NCBI RefSeq assembly: GCF_009914755.1
Contig: NC_060928.1
Strand: one strand, 5' to 3'
DNA: 64,000 bases
Source of the DNA: the human T2T-CHM13v2.0 reference genome, Homo sapiens
Below are positions 38,759 to 51,500 of the stretch, in pieces; within the stretch, counting starts at the first letter, position 1, and the number at the start of each line of letters is the position of its first letter. The position numbers and the translations under genes were made by a program. The notes below the pieces were generated by a model. That model was not told where the DNA came from, did no database searches, and saw only the letters and a program-made list of their open reading frames with translations.

Positions 38759-41700
38759 CATTCTCAGAAACTTGTTTGTGATGTGTGTATTCAACTAACA
38801 GAGTTGAACTTTTGTTTTTACAGAGCCGTTTTAAAACACTCTTTTTGTGGAATCAGAAAGTGGATATTCGGATGGCTCTGAGGATTTCGTTGGAAGCGGG
38901 ATTACATATAAAATCTAGAGAGAAGCATTCTCAGGAACTTCTTTGTGATGTTTGCATTGAAGTCACAGAATTGAACATTCACTTTGATAGAGCAGGTTTG
39001 AAACACTCATTCTGTAGTATCTGGAAGTGGACATTTCAAGCGCTTTCAGGCCTATGGTGAGAAAGGAAATATCTTCGAATAAAAACTAGACAGAAGCATC
39101 CTCAGAAACTTATTTGTGATGTGTGTCCTCAACTAACAGAGTTGAAACTTTGTTTTGATACAGCATTTTGGAAACACTCCTTTTGTAGAATCTGCAGGTG
39201 GATATGTGGATAGCTCTGAAGATTTCGTTGGAAACGGGAATTTCTTCATATAAAATCAAACAGAAGCATTCTCAGAAACTTCTCAGTGATGTTTGCATTC
39301 AGCTCATGGAGTTGAACACTTCCTTTCATAGAGCCGGTTTGAAACACTCTTTCTGCACTACCTGGAAGAGGCCATTTCGAGCGCTTTGAGTCCTATGGTG
39401 AAAAAGGAAATATCTTCTCATAAAAACCAGAAAGAAGCATTCTGAGAAACTTCTTTGTGTTGTGTGTACTCATGTAACAGTGTTGAACCATCCTTTTGAC
39501 AGAGCAGTTTTGAAACACTCTTTTTGTAGAATCTGCAAGTGGATATTTGGATAGCTTTGAGGATTTCGTTGGAAACGGGATGACATATAATATCTAGAGA
39601 GAAGCATTCTCAGGAACTTCTTTGTGCTGTTTGCATTCAAGTCACAGAATTGAACATTCCCTTTCATAGAGCAGATTTGAAACACTCTTTCTCTAGTATC
39701 TGGAAGTGGGCATTTCAAGCGCTTTCAGGCCTATAGAGAGAAAGGAAATACCTTCAAATAAAAACTAGACAGAAGCATTCTCAGAAACTTATTTGTGATG
39801 TGTGTCCTCAACTAACAGAGTTGAACCTTTGTTTTGATACAGCATTTTGGAAACACTCCTTTTGTAGAATCTGCAGGTGGATATTTGGATAGCTTTGAGG
39901 ATTTTGTTGGAAACCGGAATATCTTGATATAAAATCAAGACAGAAGCATTCTCGGAAACATCTCTGTGATGTTTGCATTCAACTCAGTAGAGTTGAACAC
40001 TTCCTTTCATAGAGCCGGTTTGAAACACTCTTTCTGCACTACCTGGAAGCGGACATTTCGAGCGCTTTGAGGCCTATGGTGAAAAAGGAAATATCTTCTC
40101 ATAAAAACCAGAAAGAAGCATTCTCAGAAACTTCTTTGTGTTGTGTGTACTCAAGTAACAGTGTTGAACCTTCCTTTTGACACAGCAGTTTTGAAACACT
40201 CTTTTGGTAGAATCTGCAAGTGGATATTTGGATAGCTTTGAGGATTTCGTTGGAAACGGGTTATCTTCATATAAAATCCAGACAGGAGCATTCTCAGAAA
40301 CTTCTTTGTGCTGCATGTCCTCAATTCACAGAGCTGAACCTTTGTTTGGATACAGCATTTTGGAAACATTCCTTTAGTAGAATCTGCAAGTTGATATTTA
40401 GATAGCTTTGAAGATTTCGTTGGAAACGGGAATATCTTCATAGAAAATCTAGACGGAAGCATTCTCAGAAACTGCTTTGTGATGTTTGCATTCAAGTCAC
40501 AGAGTTGAATATTCCGTTTTATAGAGTAGGTTTGAAACACTCTTTCGGCACTACCTGGAAGTGGATATTTCGAGCTCTTTGAGGCCTATGGTTAAAAGGA
40601 AATATCTTCCCATAAAAACTAGACAGAAGCCGTCTCAGAAACTTGTTTGTGATGTGTGTATTCAACTAACAGAGTTGAACATTTCTGTTACAGAGCAATT
40701 TTAAAACACTCTTTTTGTGGAATCTGAAAGTGGATAATTGGATAGCTTTGTGGATTTCGTTGGAAACGGGATGACGTATAAAATCTAGATTGAAGCATTC
40801 TCAGGAACTTCTTTCTGATGTTTGCATTCAAGTCACAGAATTGAACATTCCTTTTCATAGTGCAGGTTTGAAACACTCTTTCTGTAGTATCTGGAAGTGG
40901 ACATTTCAAGCGCTTTCAGGCCTACAGGGAGAAAGGAAATATCTTCAAATAAAAACTAGATAGAAGGATTCTCAGAAACTTATTTGTGATGTGTGTCCTA
41001 AACGAACACAGTTGAACCTTTGTTTTGATACAGCATTTTGGAAACACTCCTTTTGTAGGATCTGCAGGTGGATATTTGGATAGATTTTAAGATTTCGTTG
41101 GAAACGGGAGTTTCTTCATAGAAACTCAAGACAGATGCATTCTCAGAAACATCTCTGTGATGTTTGCATTCCACTCATAGAGTTGAAAACTTCCTTTCAT
41201 AGAGCAGGTTTGAAACACTCTTTTTGTAATATTTGGAAGTGGACATTTGCAGCGCTTTGAGGCCTATGGTGAAAAAGGAAATATCTTCTCATAAAAACCA
41301 GAAACAAGCATTCTCAGAAACTTCTTTTTGATGTGTGTACTCAAGTAACAGAGTTGAACCTTCCTTTTGACACAGCAGTTTTGAAACAATCTTTTTGTAG
41401 AATCTGCAAGTGGATATTTGGATAGCTTTGAGGATTTCGTTGGAAACGGGATATCTTCATATAAAATCTAGACAGAAGCATTCTCAGAAACTTCTTTGTG
41501 CTGTATGTCCTCAATTAACAGAGTTGAACCATTGCTTGGATACAGCATTTTGGAAACATTCCTTTAGTAGAATGTGCAAGTTGATATTTAGATAGATTTG
41601 AAGATTTCGTTGGAAAAGGGAATATCTCCATATAAAATCTAGACGGAAGCATTCTCAGAAACTGCTTTGTGATGTTTCCATTCAAGTCACAGAGTTGAAT

Positions 41701-41820
41701 ATTCCCTTTTATAGAGCACGTTTGAAACACTCTTTCTGCACTATCTGGAAGTGGACATTTCGAGCGCTTTGAGGCCTATGGTGAAAAAGGAAATATCTTC
41801 CCATAAAAACTAGACAGAAG
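38759..41820 (+). repeat. 18-mer HOR variant (m9/10 hybrid)
   Basis: Spacing is 3062, with the hybrid monomer at ~39097. Confidence 0.92.
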
Positions 41821-44800
41821 CATTCTCAGAAACTTGTTTGTGATGTGTGTATTCAACTAACAGAGTTGAACTTTTGTTTTTACAGAGCCGTTTTAAAACA
41901 CTCTTTTTGTGGAATCAGAAAATGGATATTCGGATGGCTCTGAGGATTTCGTTGGAAGCGCGATTACATATAAAATCTAGAGAGAAGCATTCTCAGGAAC
42001 TTCTTTGTGATGTTTGCATTGAAGTCACAGAATTGAACATTCACTTTGATAGAGCAGGTTTGAAACACTCATTCTGTAGTATCTGGAAGTGGACATTTCA
42101 AGCGCTTTCAGGCCTATGGTGAAAAAGGAAATATCTTCGAATAAAAACTAGACAGAAGCATCCTCAGAAACTTATTTGTGATGTGTGTCCTCAACTAACA
42201 GAGTTGAAACTTTGTTTTGATACAGCATTTTGGAAACACTCCTTTTGTAGAATCTGCAGGTGGATATGTGGATAGCTCTGAAGATTTCGTTGGAAACGGG
42301 AATTTCTTCATATAAAATCAAACAGAAGCATTCTCAGAAACTTCTCAGTGATGTTTGCATTCAGCTCATGGAGTTGAACACTTCCTTTCATAGAGCCGGT
42401 TTGAAACACTCTTTCTGCACTACCTGGAAGAGGCCATTTCGAGCGCTTTGAGTCCTATGGTGAAAAAGGAAATATCTTCTCATAAAAACCAGAAAGAAGC
42501 ATTCTGAGAAACTTCTTTGTGTTGTGTGTACTCATGTAACAGTGTTGAACCATCCTTTTGACAGAGCAGTTTTGAAACACTCTTTTTGTAGAATCTGCAA
42601 GTGGATATTTGGATAGCTTTGAGGATTTCGTTGGAAACGGGATGACATATAATATCTAGAGAGAAGCATTCTCAGGAACTTCTTTGTGCTGTTTGCATTC
42701 AAGTCACAGAATTGAACATTCCCTTTCATAGAGCAGATTTGAAACACTCTTTCTCTAGTATCTGGAAGTGGGCATTTCAAGCGCTTTCAGGCCTATAGAG
42801 AGAAAGGAAATACCTTCAAATAAAAACTAGACAGAAGCATTCTCAGAAACTTATTTGTGATGTGTGTCCTCAACTAACAGAGTTGAACCTTTGTTTTGAT
42901 ACAGCATTTTGGAAACACTCCTTTTGTAGAATCTGCAGGTGGATATTTGGATAGCTTTGAAGATTTCGTTGGAAACCGGAATATCTTGATATAAAATCAA
43001 GACAGAAGCATTCTCGGAAACATCTCTGTGATGTTTGCATTCAACTCAGTAGAGTTGAACACTTCCTTTCATAGAGCCGGTTTGAAACACTCTTTCTGCA
43101 CTACCTGGAAGCGGACATTTCGAGCGCTTTGAGGCCTATGGTGAAAAAGGAAATATCTTCTCATAAAAACCAGAAAGAAGCATTCTCAGAAACTTCTTTG
43201 TGTTGTGTGTACTCAAGTAACAGTGTTGAACCTTCCTTTTGACACAGCAGTTTTGAAACACTCTTTTGGTAGAATCTGCAAGTGGATATTTGGATAGCTT
43301 TGAGGATTTCGTTGGAAACGGGTTATCTTCATATAAAATCCAGACAGGAGCATTCTCAGAAACTTCTTTGTGCTGCATGTCCTCAATTCACAGAGCTGAA
43401 CCTTTGTTTGGATACAGCATTTTGGAAACATTCCTTTAGTAGAATCTGCAAGTTGATATTTAGATAGCTTTGAAGATTTCGTTGGAAACGGGAATATCTT
43501 CATAGAAAATCTAGACGGAAGCATTCTCAGAAACTGCTTTGTGATGTTTGCATTCAAGTCACAGAGTTGAATATTCCCTTTTATAGAGTAGGTTTGAAGC
43601 ACTCTTTCGGCACTACCTGGAAGTGGATATTTCGAGCTCTTTGAGGCCTATGGTTAAAAGGAAATATCTTCCCATAAAAACTAGACAGAAGCCGTCTCAG
43701 AAACTTGTTTGTGATGTGTGTATTCAACTAACAGAGTTGAACATTTCTGTTACAGAGCAATTTTAAAACACTCTTTTTGTGGAATCTGAAAGTGGATAAT
43801 TGGATAGCTTTGTGGATTTCGTTGGAAACGGGATGACGTATAAAATCTAGATTGAAGCATTCTCAGGAACTTCTTTCTGATGTTTGCATTCAAGTCACAG
43901 AATTGAACATTCCTTTTCATAGTGCAGGTTTGAAACACTCTTTCTGTAGTATCTGGAAGTGGACATTTCAAGCGCTTTCAGGCCTACGGGGAGAAAGGAA
44001 ATATCTTCAAATAAAAACTAGACAGAAGGATTCTCAGAAACTTATTTGTGATGTGTGTCCTAAACGAACACAGTTGAACCTTTGTTTTGATACAGCATTT
44101 TGGAAACACTCCTTTTGTAGAATCTGCAGGTGGATATGTGGATAGCTCTGAAGATTTCGTTGGAAACGGGAATTTCTTCATATAAAATCAAACAGAAGCA
44201 TTCTCAGAAACTTCTCAGTGATGTTTGCATTCAGCTCATGGAGTTGAACACTTCCTTTCATAGAGCCGGTTTGAAACACTCTTTCTGCACTACCTGGAAG
44301 AGGACATTTCGAGCGCTTTGAGTCCTATGGTGAAAAAGGAAATATCTTCTCATAAAAACCAGAAAGAAACATTCTCAGAAACTTCTTTGTGTTGTGTGTA
44401 CTCATGTAACAGTGTTGAACCATCCTTTTGACAGAGCAGTTTTGAAACACTCTTTTTGTAGAATCTGCAAGTGGATATTTGGATAGCTTTGAGGATTTCG
44501 TTGGAAACGGGATGACATATAATATGTAGAGAGAAGCATTCTCAGGAACTTCTTTGTGATGTTTGCATTCAAGTCACAGAATTGAACATTCCCTTTCATA
44601 GAGCAGGTTTGAAACACTCTTTCTCTAGTATCTGGAAGTGGGCATTTCAAGCGCTTTCAGGCCTATGGAGAGAAAGGAAATACCTTCAAATAAAAACTAG
44701 ACAGAAGCATTCTCAGAAACTTATTTGTGATGTGTGTCCTCAACTAACAGAGTTGAACCTTTGTTTTGATACAGCATTTTGGAAACACTCCTTTTGTAGA

Positions 44801-45561
44801 ATCTGCAGGTGGATATTTGGATAACTTTGAAGATTTCGTTGGAAACCGGAATATCTTCATATAAAATCAAGACAGAAGCATTCTCGGAAACATCTCTGTG
44901 ATGTTTACATTCCACTCATAGAGTTGAAAACTTCCTTTCATAGAGCAGGTTTGAAACACTCTTTTTGTAATATTTGGAAGTGGACATTTGCAGCGCTTTG
45001 AGGCCTATGGTGAAAAAGGAAATATCTTCTCATAAAAACCAGAAACAAGCATTCTCAGAAACTTCTTTTTGATGTGTGTACTCAAGTAACAGAGTTGAAC
45101 CTTCCTTTTGACACAGCAGTTTTGAAACAATCTTTTTGTAGAATCTGCAAGTGGATATTTGGATAGCTTTGAGGATTTCGTTGGAAACGGGTTATCTTCA
45201 TATAAAATCTAGACAGAAGCATTCTCAGAAACTTCTTTGTGCTGTATGTCCTCAATTAACAGAGTTGAACCATTGCTTGGATACAGCATTTTGGAAACAT
45301 TCCTTGAGTAGAATCTGCAAGTTGATATTTAGATAGATTTGAAGATTTCGTTGGAAAAGGGAATATCTCCATATAAAATCTAGAGGGAAGCATTCTCAGA
45401 AACTGCTTTGTGATGTTTCCATTCAAGTCACAGAGTTGAATATTCCCTTTTATAGAGCACGTTTGAAACACTCTTTCTGCACTATCTGGAAGTGGACATT
45501 TCGAGCGCTTTGAGGCCTATGGTGAAAAAGGAAATATCTTCCCATAAAAACTAGACAGAAG
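41821..45561 (+). repeat. Complex 22-monomer unit (3741 bp) with m9/10, m2/10 and m15/3 hybrids
   Basis: The m2 start (CCTAAACGAACAC) ends as m10 at ~44121. The m15 start (CATTCTCGGAAAC) continues as m3 (TTCCACTCATAG) at ~44910. Confidence 0.88.
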
Positions 45562-48500
45562 CATTCTCAGAAACTTGTTTGTGATGTGTGTATTCAACTA
45601 ACAGAGTTGAACTTTTGTTTTTACAGAGCCATTTTAAAACACTCTTTTTGTGGAATCAGAAAGTGGATATTCGGATGGCTCTGAGGATTTCGTTGGAAGC
45701 GGGATTACATATAAAATCTAGAGAGAAGCATTCTCAGGAACTTCTTTGTGATGTTTGCATTGAAGTCACAGAATTGAACATTCACTTTGATAGAGCAGGT
45801 TTGAAACACTCATTCTGTAGTATCTGGAAGTGGACATTTCAAGCGCTTTCAGGCCTATGGTGAGAAAGGAAATATCTTCGAATAAAAACTAGACAGAAGC
45901 ATCCTCAGAAACTTATTTGTGATGTGTGTCCTCAACTAACAGAGTTGAAACTTTGTTTTGATACAGCATTTTGGAAACACTCTTTTTGTAGAATCTGCAG
46001 GTGGATATTTGGATAGCTTAGAGGGATTCGTTGGAAAGGGGATATCTTCATATAAAATCTAGACAGAAGCATTCTCAGAAACTTATTTGTGATGTGTGTC
46101 CTCAACTAACAGAGTTGAACCTCGGTTTTGATACAGCATTTTGGAAACGCTCCTTTTGTAGAATCTGCAGGTGGATATGTGGATAGCTCTGAAGATTTCG
46201 TTGGAAACGGGAATTTCTTCATATAAAATCAAACAGAAGCATTCTCAGAAACTTCTCAGTGATGTTTGCATTCAGCTCATGGAGTTGAACACTTCCTTTC
46301 ATAGAGCCGGTTTGAAACACTCTTTCTGCACTACCTGGAAGAGGACATTTCGAGCGCTTTGAGTCCTATGGTGAAAAAGGAAATATCTTCTCATAAAAAC
46401 CAGAAAGAAGCATTCTCAGAAACTTCTTTGTGTTGTGTGTACTCATGTAACAGTGTTGAACCATCCTTTTGACAGAGCAGTTTTGAAACACTCTTTTTGT
46501 AGAATCTGCAAGTGGATATTTGGATAGCTTTGAGGATTTCGTTGGAAACGGGATGACATATAATATCTAGAGAGAAGCATTCTCAGGAACTTCTTTGTGA
46601 TGTTTGCATTCAAGTCACAGAATTGAACATTCCCTTTCATAGAGCAGGTTTGAAACACTCTTTCTCTAGTATCTGGAAGTGGGCATTTCAAGCGCTTTCA
46701 GGCCTATGGAGAGAAAGGAAATACCTTCAAATAAAAACTAGACAGAAGCATTCTCAGAAACTTATTTGTGATGTGTGTCCTCAACTAACAGAGTTGAACC
46801 TTTGTTTTGATACAGCATTTTGGAAACACTCCTTTTGTAGAATCTGCAGGTGGATATTTGGATAACTTTGAAGATTTCGTTGGAAACCGGAATATCTTCA
46901 TATAAAATCAAGACAGAAGCATTCTCGGAAACATCTCTGTGATGTTTGCATTCAACTCAGTAGAGTTGAACACTTCCTTCCATAGAGCCGGTTTGAAACA
47001 CTCTTTCTGCACTACCTGGAAGCGGACATTTCGAGCGCTTTGAGGCCTATGGTGAAAAAGGAAATATCTTCTCATAAAAACCAGAAAGAAGCATTCTCAG
47101 AAACTTCTTTGTGTTGTGTGTACTCAAGTAACAGTGTTGAACCTTCCTTTTGACACAGCAGTTTTGAAACACTCTTTTGGTAGAATCTGCAAGTGGATAT
47201 TTGGATAGCTTTGAGGATTTCGTTGGAAACGGGTTATCTTCATATAAAATCCAGACAGGAGCATTCTCAGAAACTTCTTTGTGCTGCATGTCCTCAATTC
47301 ACAGAGCTGAACCTTTGTTTGGATACAGCATTTTGGAAACATTCCTTTAGTAGAATCTGCAAGTTGATATTTAGATAGCTTTGAAGATTTCGTTGGAAAC
47401 GGGAATATCTTCATAGAAAATCTAGACGGAAGCATTCTCAGAAACTGCTTTGTGATGTTTGCATTCAAGTCACAGAGTTGAATATTCCCTTTTATAGAGT
47501 AGGTTTGAAACACTCTTTTGGCACTACCTGGAAGTGGATATTTCGAGCTCTTTGAGGCCTATGGTTAAAAGGAAATATCTTCCCATAAAAACTAGACAGA
47601 AGCCGTCTCAGAAACTTGTTTGTGATGTGTGTATTCAACTAACAGAGTTGAACATTTCTGTTACAGAGCAATTTTAAAACACTCTTTTTGTGGAATCTGA
47701 AAGTGGATAATTGGATAGCTTTGTGGATTTCGTTGGAAACGGGATGACGTATAAAATCTAGAGAGAAGCATTCTCAGGAACTTCTTTCTGATGTTTGCAT
47801 TCAAGTCACAGAATTGAACATTCCTTTTCATAGTGCAGGTTTGAAACACTCTGTAGTATCTGGAAGTGGACATTTCAAGCGCTTTCAGGCCTACGGGGAG
47901 AAAGGAAATATCTTCAAATAAAAACTAGACAGAAGGATTCTCAGAAACTTATTTGTGATGTGTGCCCTAAACGAACACAGTTGAACCTTTGTTTTGATAC
48001 AGCATTTTGGAAACACTCCTTTTGTAGGATCTGCAGGTGGATATTTGGATAGATTTTAAGATTTCGTTGGAAACGGGAGTTTCTTCATAGAAACTCAAGA
48101 CAGATGCATTCTCAGAAACATCTCTGTGATGTTTGCATTCCACTCATAGAGTTGAAAACTTCCTTTCATAGAGCAGGTTTGAAACACTCTTTTTGTAATA
48201 TTTGGAAGTGGACATTTGCAGCGCTTTGAGGCCTATGGTGAAAAAGGAAATATCTTCCCATAAAAACTAGACAGAAGCATTCTCAGAAACTTGTTTGTGA
48301 TGTGTGTATTCAACTAACAGAGTTGAACTTTTGTTTTTACAGAGCCGTTTTAAAACACTCTTTTTGTGGAATCAGAAAGTGGATATTCGGATGGCTCTGA
48401 GGATTTCGTTGGAAGCGGGATTACATATAAAATCTAGAGAGAAGCATTCTCAGGAACTTCTTTGTGATGTTTGCATTGAAGTCACAGAATTGAACATTCA

Positions 48501-51500
48501 CTTTGATAGAGCAGGTTTGAAACACTCATTCTGTAGTATCTGGAAGTGGACATTTCAAGCGCTTTCAGGCCTATGGTGAGAAAGGAAATATCTTCGAATA
48601 AAAACTAGACAGAAGCATCCTCAGAAACTTATTTGTGATGTGTGTCCTCAACTAACAGAGTTGAAACTTTGTTTTGATACAGCATTTTGGAAACACTCTT
48701 TTTGTAGAATCTGCAGGTGGATATTTGGATAGCTTAGAGGGATTCGTTGGAAAGGGGATATCTTCATATAAAATCTAGACAGAAGCATTCTCAGAAACTT
48801 ATTTGTGATGTGTGTCCTCAACTAACAGAGTTGAACCTTGGTTTTGATACAGCATTTTGGAAACACTCCTTTTGTAGAATCTGCAGGTGGATATGTGGAT
48901 AGCTCTGAAGATTTCGTTGGAAACGGGAATTTCTTCATATAAAATCAAACAGAAGCATTCTCAGAAACTTCTCAGTGATGTTTGCATTCAGCTCATGGAG
49001 TTGAACACTTCCTTTCATAGAGCCGGTTTGAAACACTCTTTCTGCACTACCTGGAAGAGGACATTTCGAGCGCTTTGAGTCCTATGGTGAAAAAGGAAAT
49101 ATCTTCTCATAAAAACCAGAAAGAAGCATTCTCAGAAACTTCTTTGTGTTGTGTGTACTCATGTAACAGTGTTGAACCATCCTTTTGACAGAGCAGTTTT
49201 GAAACACTCTTTTTGTAGAATCTGCAAGTGGATATTTGGATAGCTTTGAGGATTTCGTTGGAAACGGGATGACATATAATATCTAGAGAGAAGCATTCTC
49301 AGGAACTTCTTTGTGATGTTTGCATTCAAGTCACAGAATTGAACATTCCCTTTCATAGAGCAGGTTTGAAACACTCTTTCTCTAGTATCTGGAAGTGGGC
49401 ATTTCAAGCGCTTTCAGGCCTATGGAGAGAAAGGAAATACCTTCAAATAAAAACTAGACAGAAGCATTCTCAGAAACTTATTTGTGATGTGTGTCCTCAA
49501 CTAACAGAGTTGAACCTTTGTTTTGATACAGCATTTTGGAAACACTCCTTTTGTAGAATCTGCAGGTGGATATTTGGATAACTTTGAAGATTTCGTTGGA
49601 AACCGGAATATCTTCATATAAAATCAAGACAGAAGCATTCTCGGAAACATCTCTGTGATGTTTGCATTCAACTCAGTAGAGTTGAACACTTCCTTCCATA
49701 GAGCCGGTTTGAAACACTCTTTCTGCACTACCTGGAAGCGGACATTTCGAGCGCTTTGAGGCCTATGGTGAAAAAGGAAATATCTTCTCATAAAAACCAG
49801 AAAGAAGCATTCTCAGAAACTTCTTTGTGTTGTGTGTACTCAAGTAACAGTGTTGAACCTTCCTTTTGACACAGCAGTTTTGAAACACTCTTTTGGTAGA
49901 ATCTGCAAGTGGATATTTGGATAGCTTTGAGGATTTCGTTGGAAACGGGTTATCTTCATATAAAATCCAGACAGGAGCATTCTCAGAAACTTCTTTGTGC
50001 TGCATGTCCTCAATTCACAGAGCTGAACCTTTGTTTGGATACAGCATTTTGGAAACATTCCTTGAGTAGAATCTGCAAGTTGATATTTAGATAGCTTTGA
50101 AGATTTCGTTGGAAACGGGAATATCTTCATAGAAAATCTAGACGGAAGCATTCTCAGAAACTGCTTTGTGATGTTTGCATTCAAGTCACAGAGTTGAATA
50201 TTCCCTTTTATAGAGTAGGTTTGAAACACTCTTTTGGCACTACCTGGAAGTGGATATTTCGAGCTCTTTGAGGCCTATGGTTAAAAGGAAATATCTTCCC
50301 ATAAAAACTAGACAGAAGCCGTCTCAGAAACTTGTTTGTGATGTGTGTATTCAACTAACAGAGTTGAACATTTCTGTTACAGAGCAATTTTAAAACACTC
50401 TTTTTGTGGAATCTGAAAGTGGATAATTGGATAGCTTTGTGGATTTCGTTGGAAACGGGATGACGTATAAAATCTAGAGAGAAGCATTCTCAGGAACTTC
50501 TTTCTGATGTTTGCATTCAAGTCACAGAATTGAACATTCCTTTTCATAGTGCAGGTTTGAAACACTCTTTCTGTAGTATCTGGAAGTGGACATTTCAAGC
50601 GCTTTCAGGCCTACGGGGAGAAAGGAAATATCTTCAAATAAAAACTAGACAGAAGGATTCTCAGAAACTTATTTGTGATGTGTGCCCTAAACGAACACAG
50701 TTGAACCTTTGTTTTGATACAGCATTTTGGAAACACTCCTTTTGTAGGATCTGCAGGTGGATATTTGGATAGATTTTAAGATTTCGTTGGAAACGGGAGT
50801 TTCTTCATAGAAACTCAAGACAGATGCATTCTCAGAAACATCTCTGTGATGTTTGCATTCCACTCATAGAGTTGAAAACTTCCTTTCATAGAGCAGGTTT
50901 GAAACACTCTTTTTGTAATATTTGGAAGTGGACATTTGCAGCGCTTTGAGGCCTATGGTGAAAAAGGAAATATCTTCCCATAAAAACTAGACAGAAGCAT
51001 TCTCAGAAACTTGTTTGTGATGTGTGTATTCAACTAACAGAGTTGAACTTTTGTTTTTACAGAGCCGTTTTAAAACACTCTTTTTGTGGAATCAGAAAGT
51101 GGATATTCGGATGGCTCTGAGGATTTCGTTGGAAGCGGGATTACATATAAAATCTAGAGAGAAGCATTCTCAGGAACTTCTTTGTGATGTTTGCATTGAA
51201 GTCACAGAATTGAACATTCACTTTGATAGAGCAGGTTTGAAACACTCATTCTGTAGTATCTGGAAGTGGACATTTCAAGCGCTTTCAGGCCTATGGTGAG
51301 AAAGGAAATATCTTCGAATAAAAACTAGACAGAAGCATCCTCAGAAACTTATTTGTGATGTGTGTCCTCAACTAACAGAGTTGAAACTTTGTTTTGATAC
51401 AGCATTTTGGAAACACTCTTTTTGTAGAATCTGCAGGTGGATATTTGGATAGCTTAGAGGGATTCGTTGGAAAGGGGATATCTTCATATAAAATCTAGAC

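Noticed and set aside
24984-44910. The 15-mer deletion and the 22-mer insertion as reciprocal products of one crossover
   Set aside because: The breakpoints differ (m9 to m14 versus m2/10 plus m15/3), and reciprocal products would normally segregate to different chromatids. Only the size match is retained.
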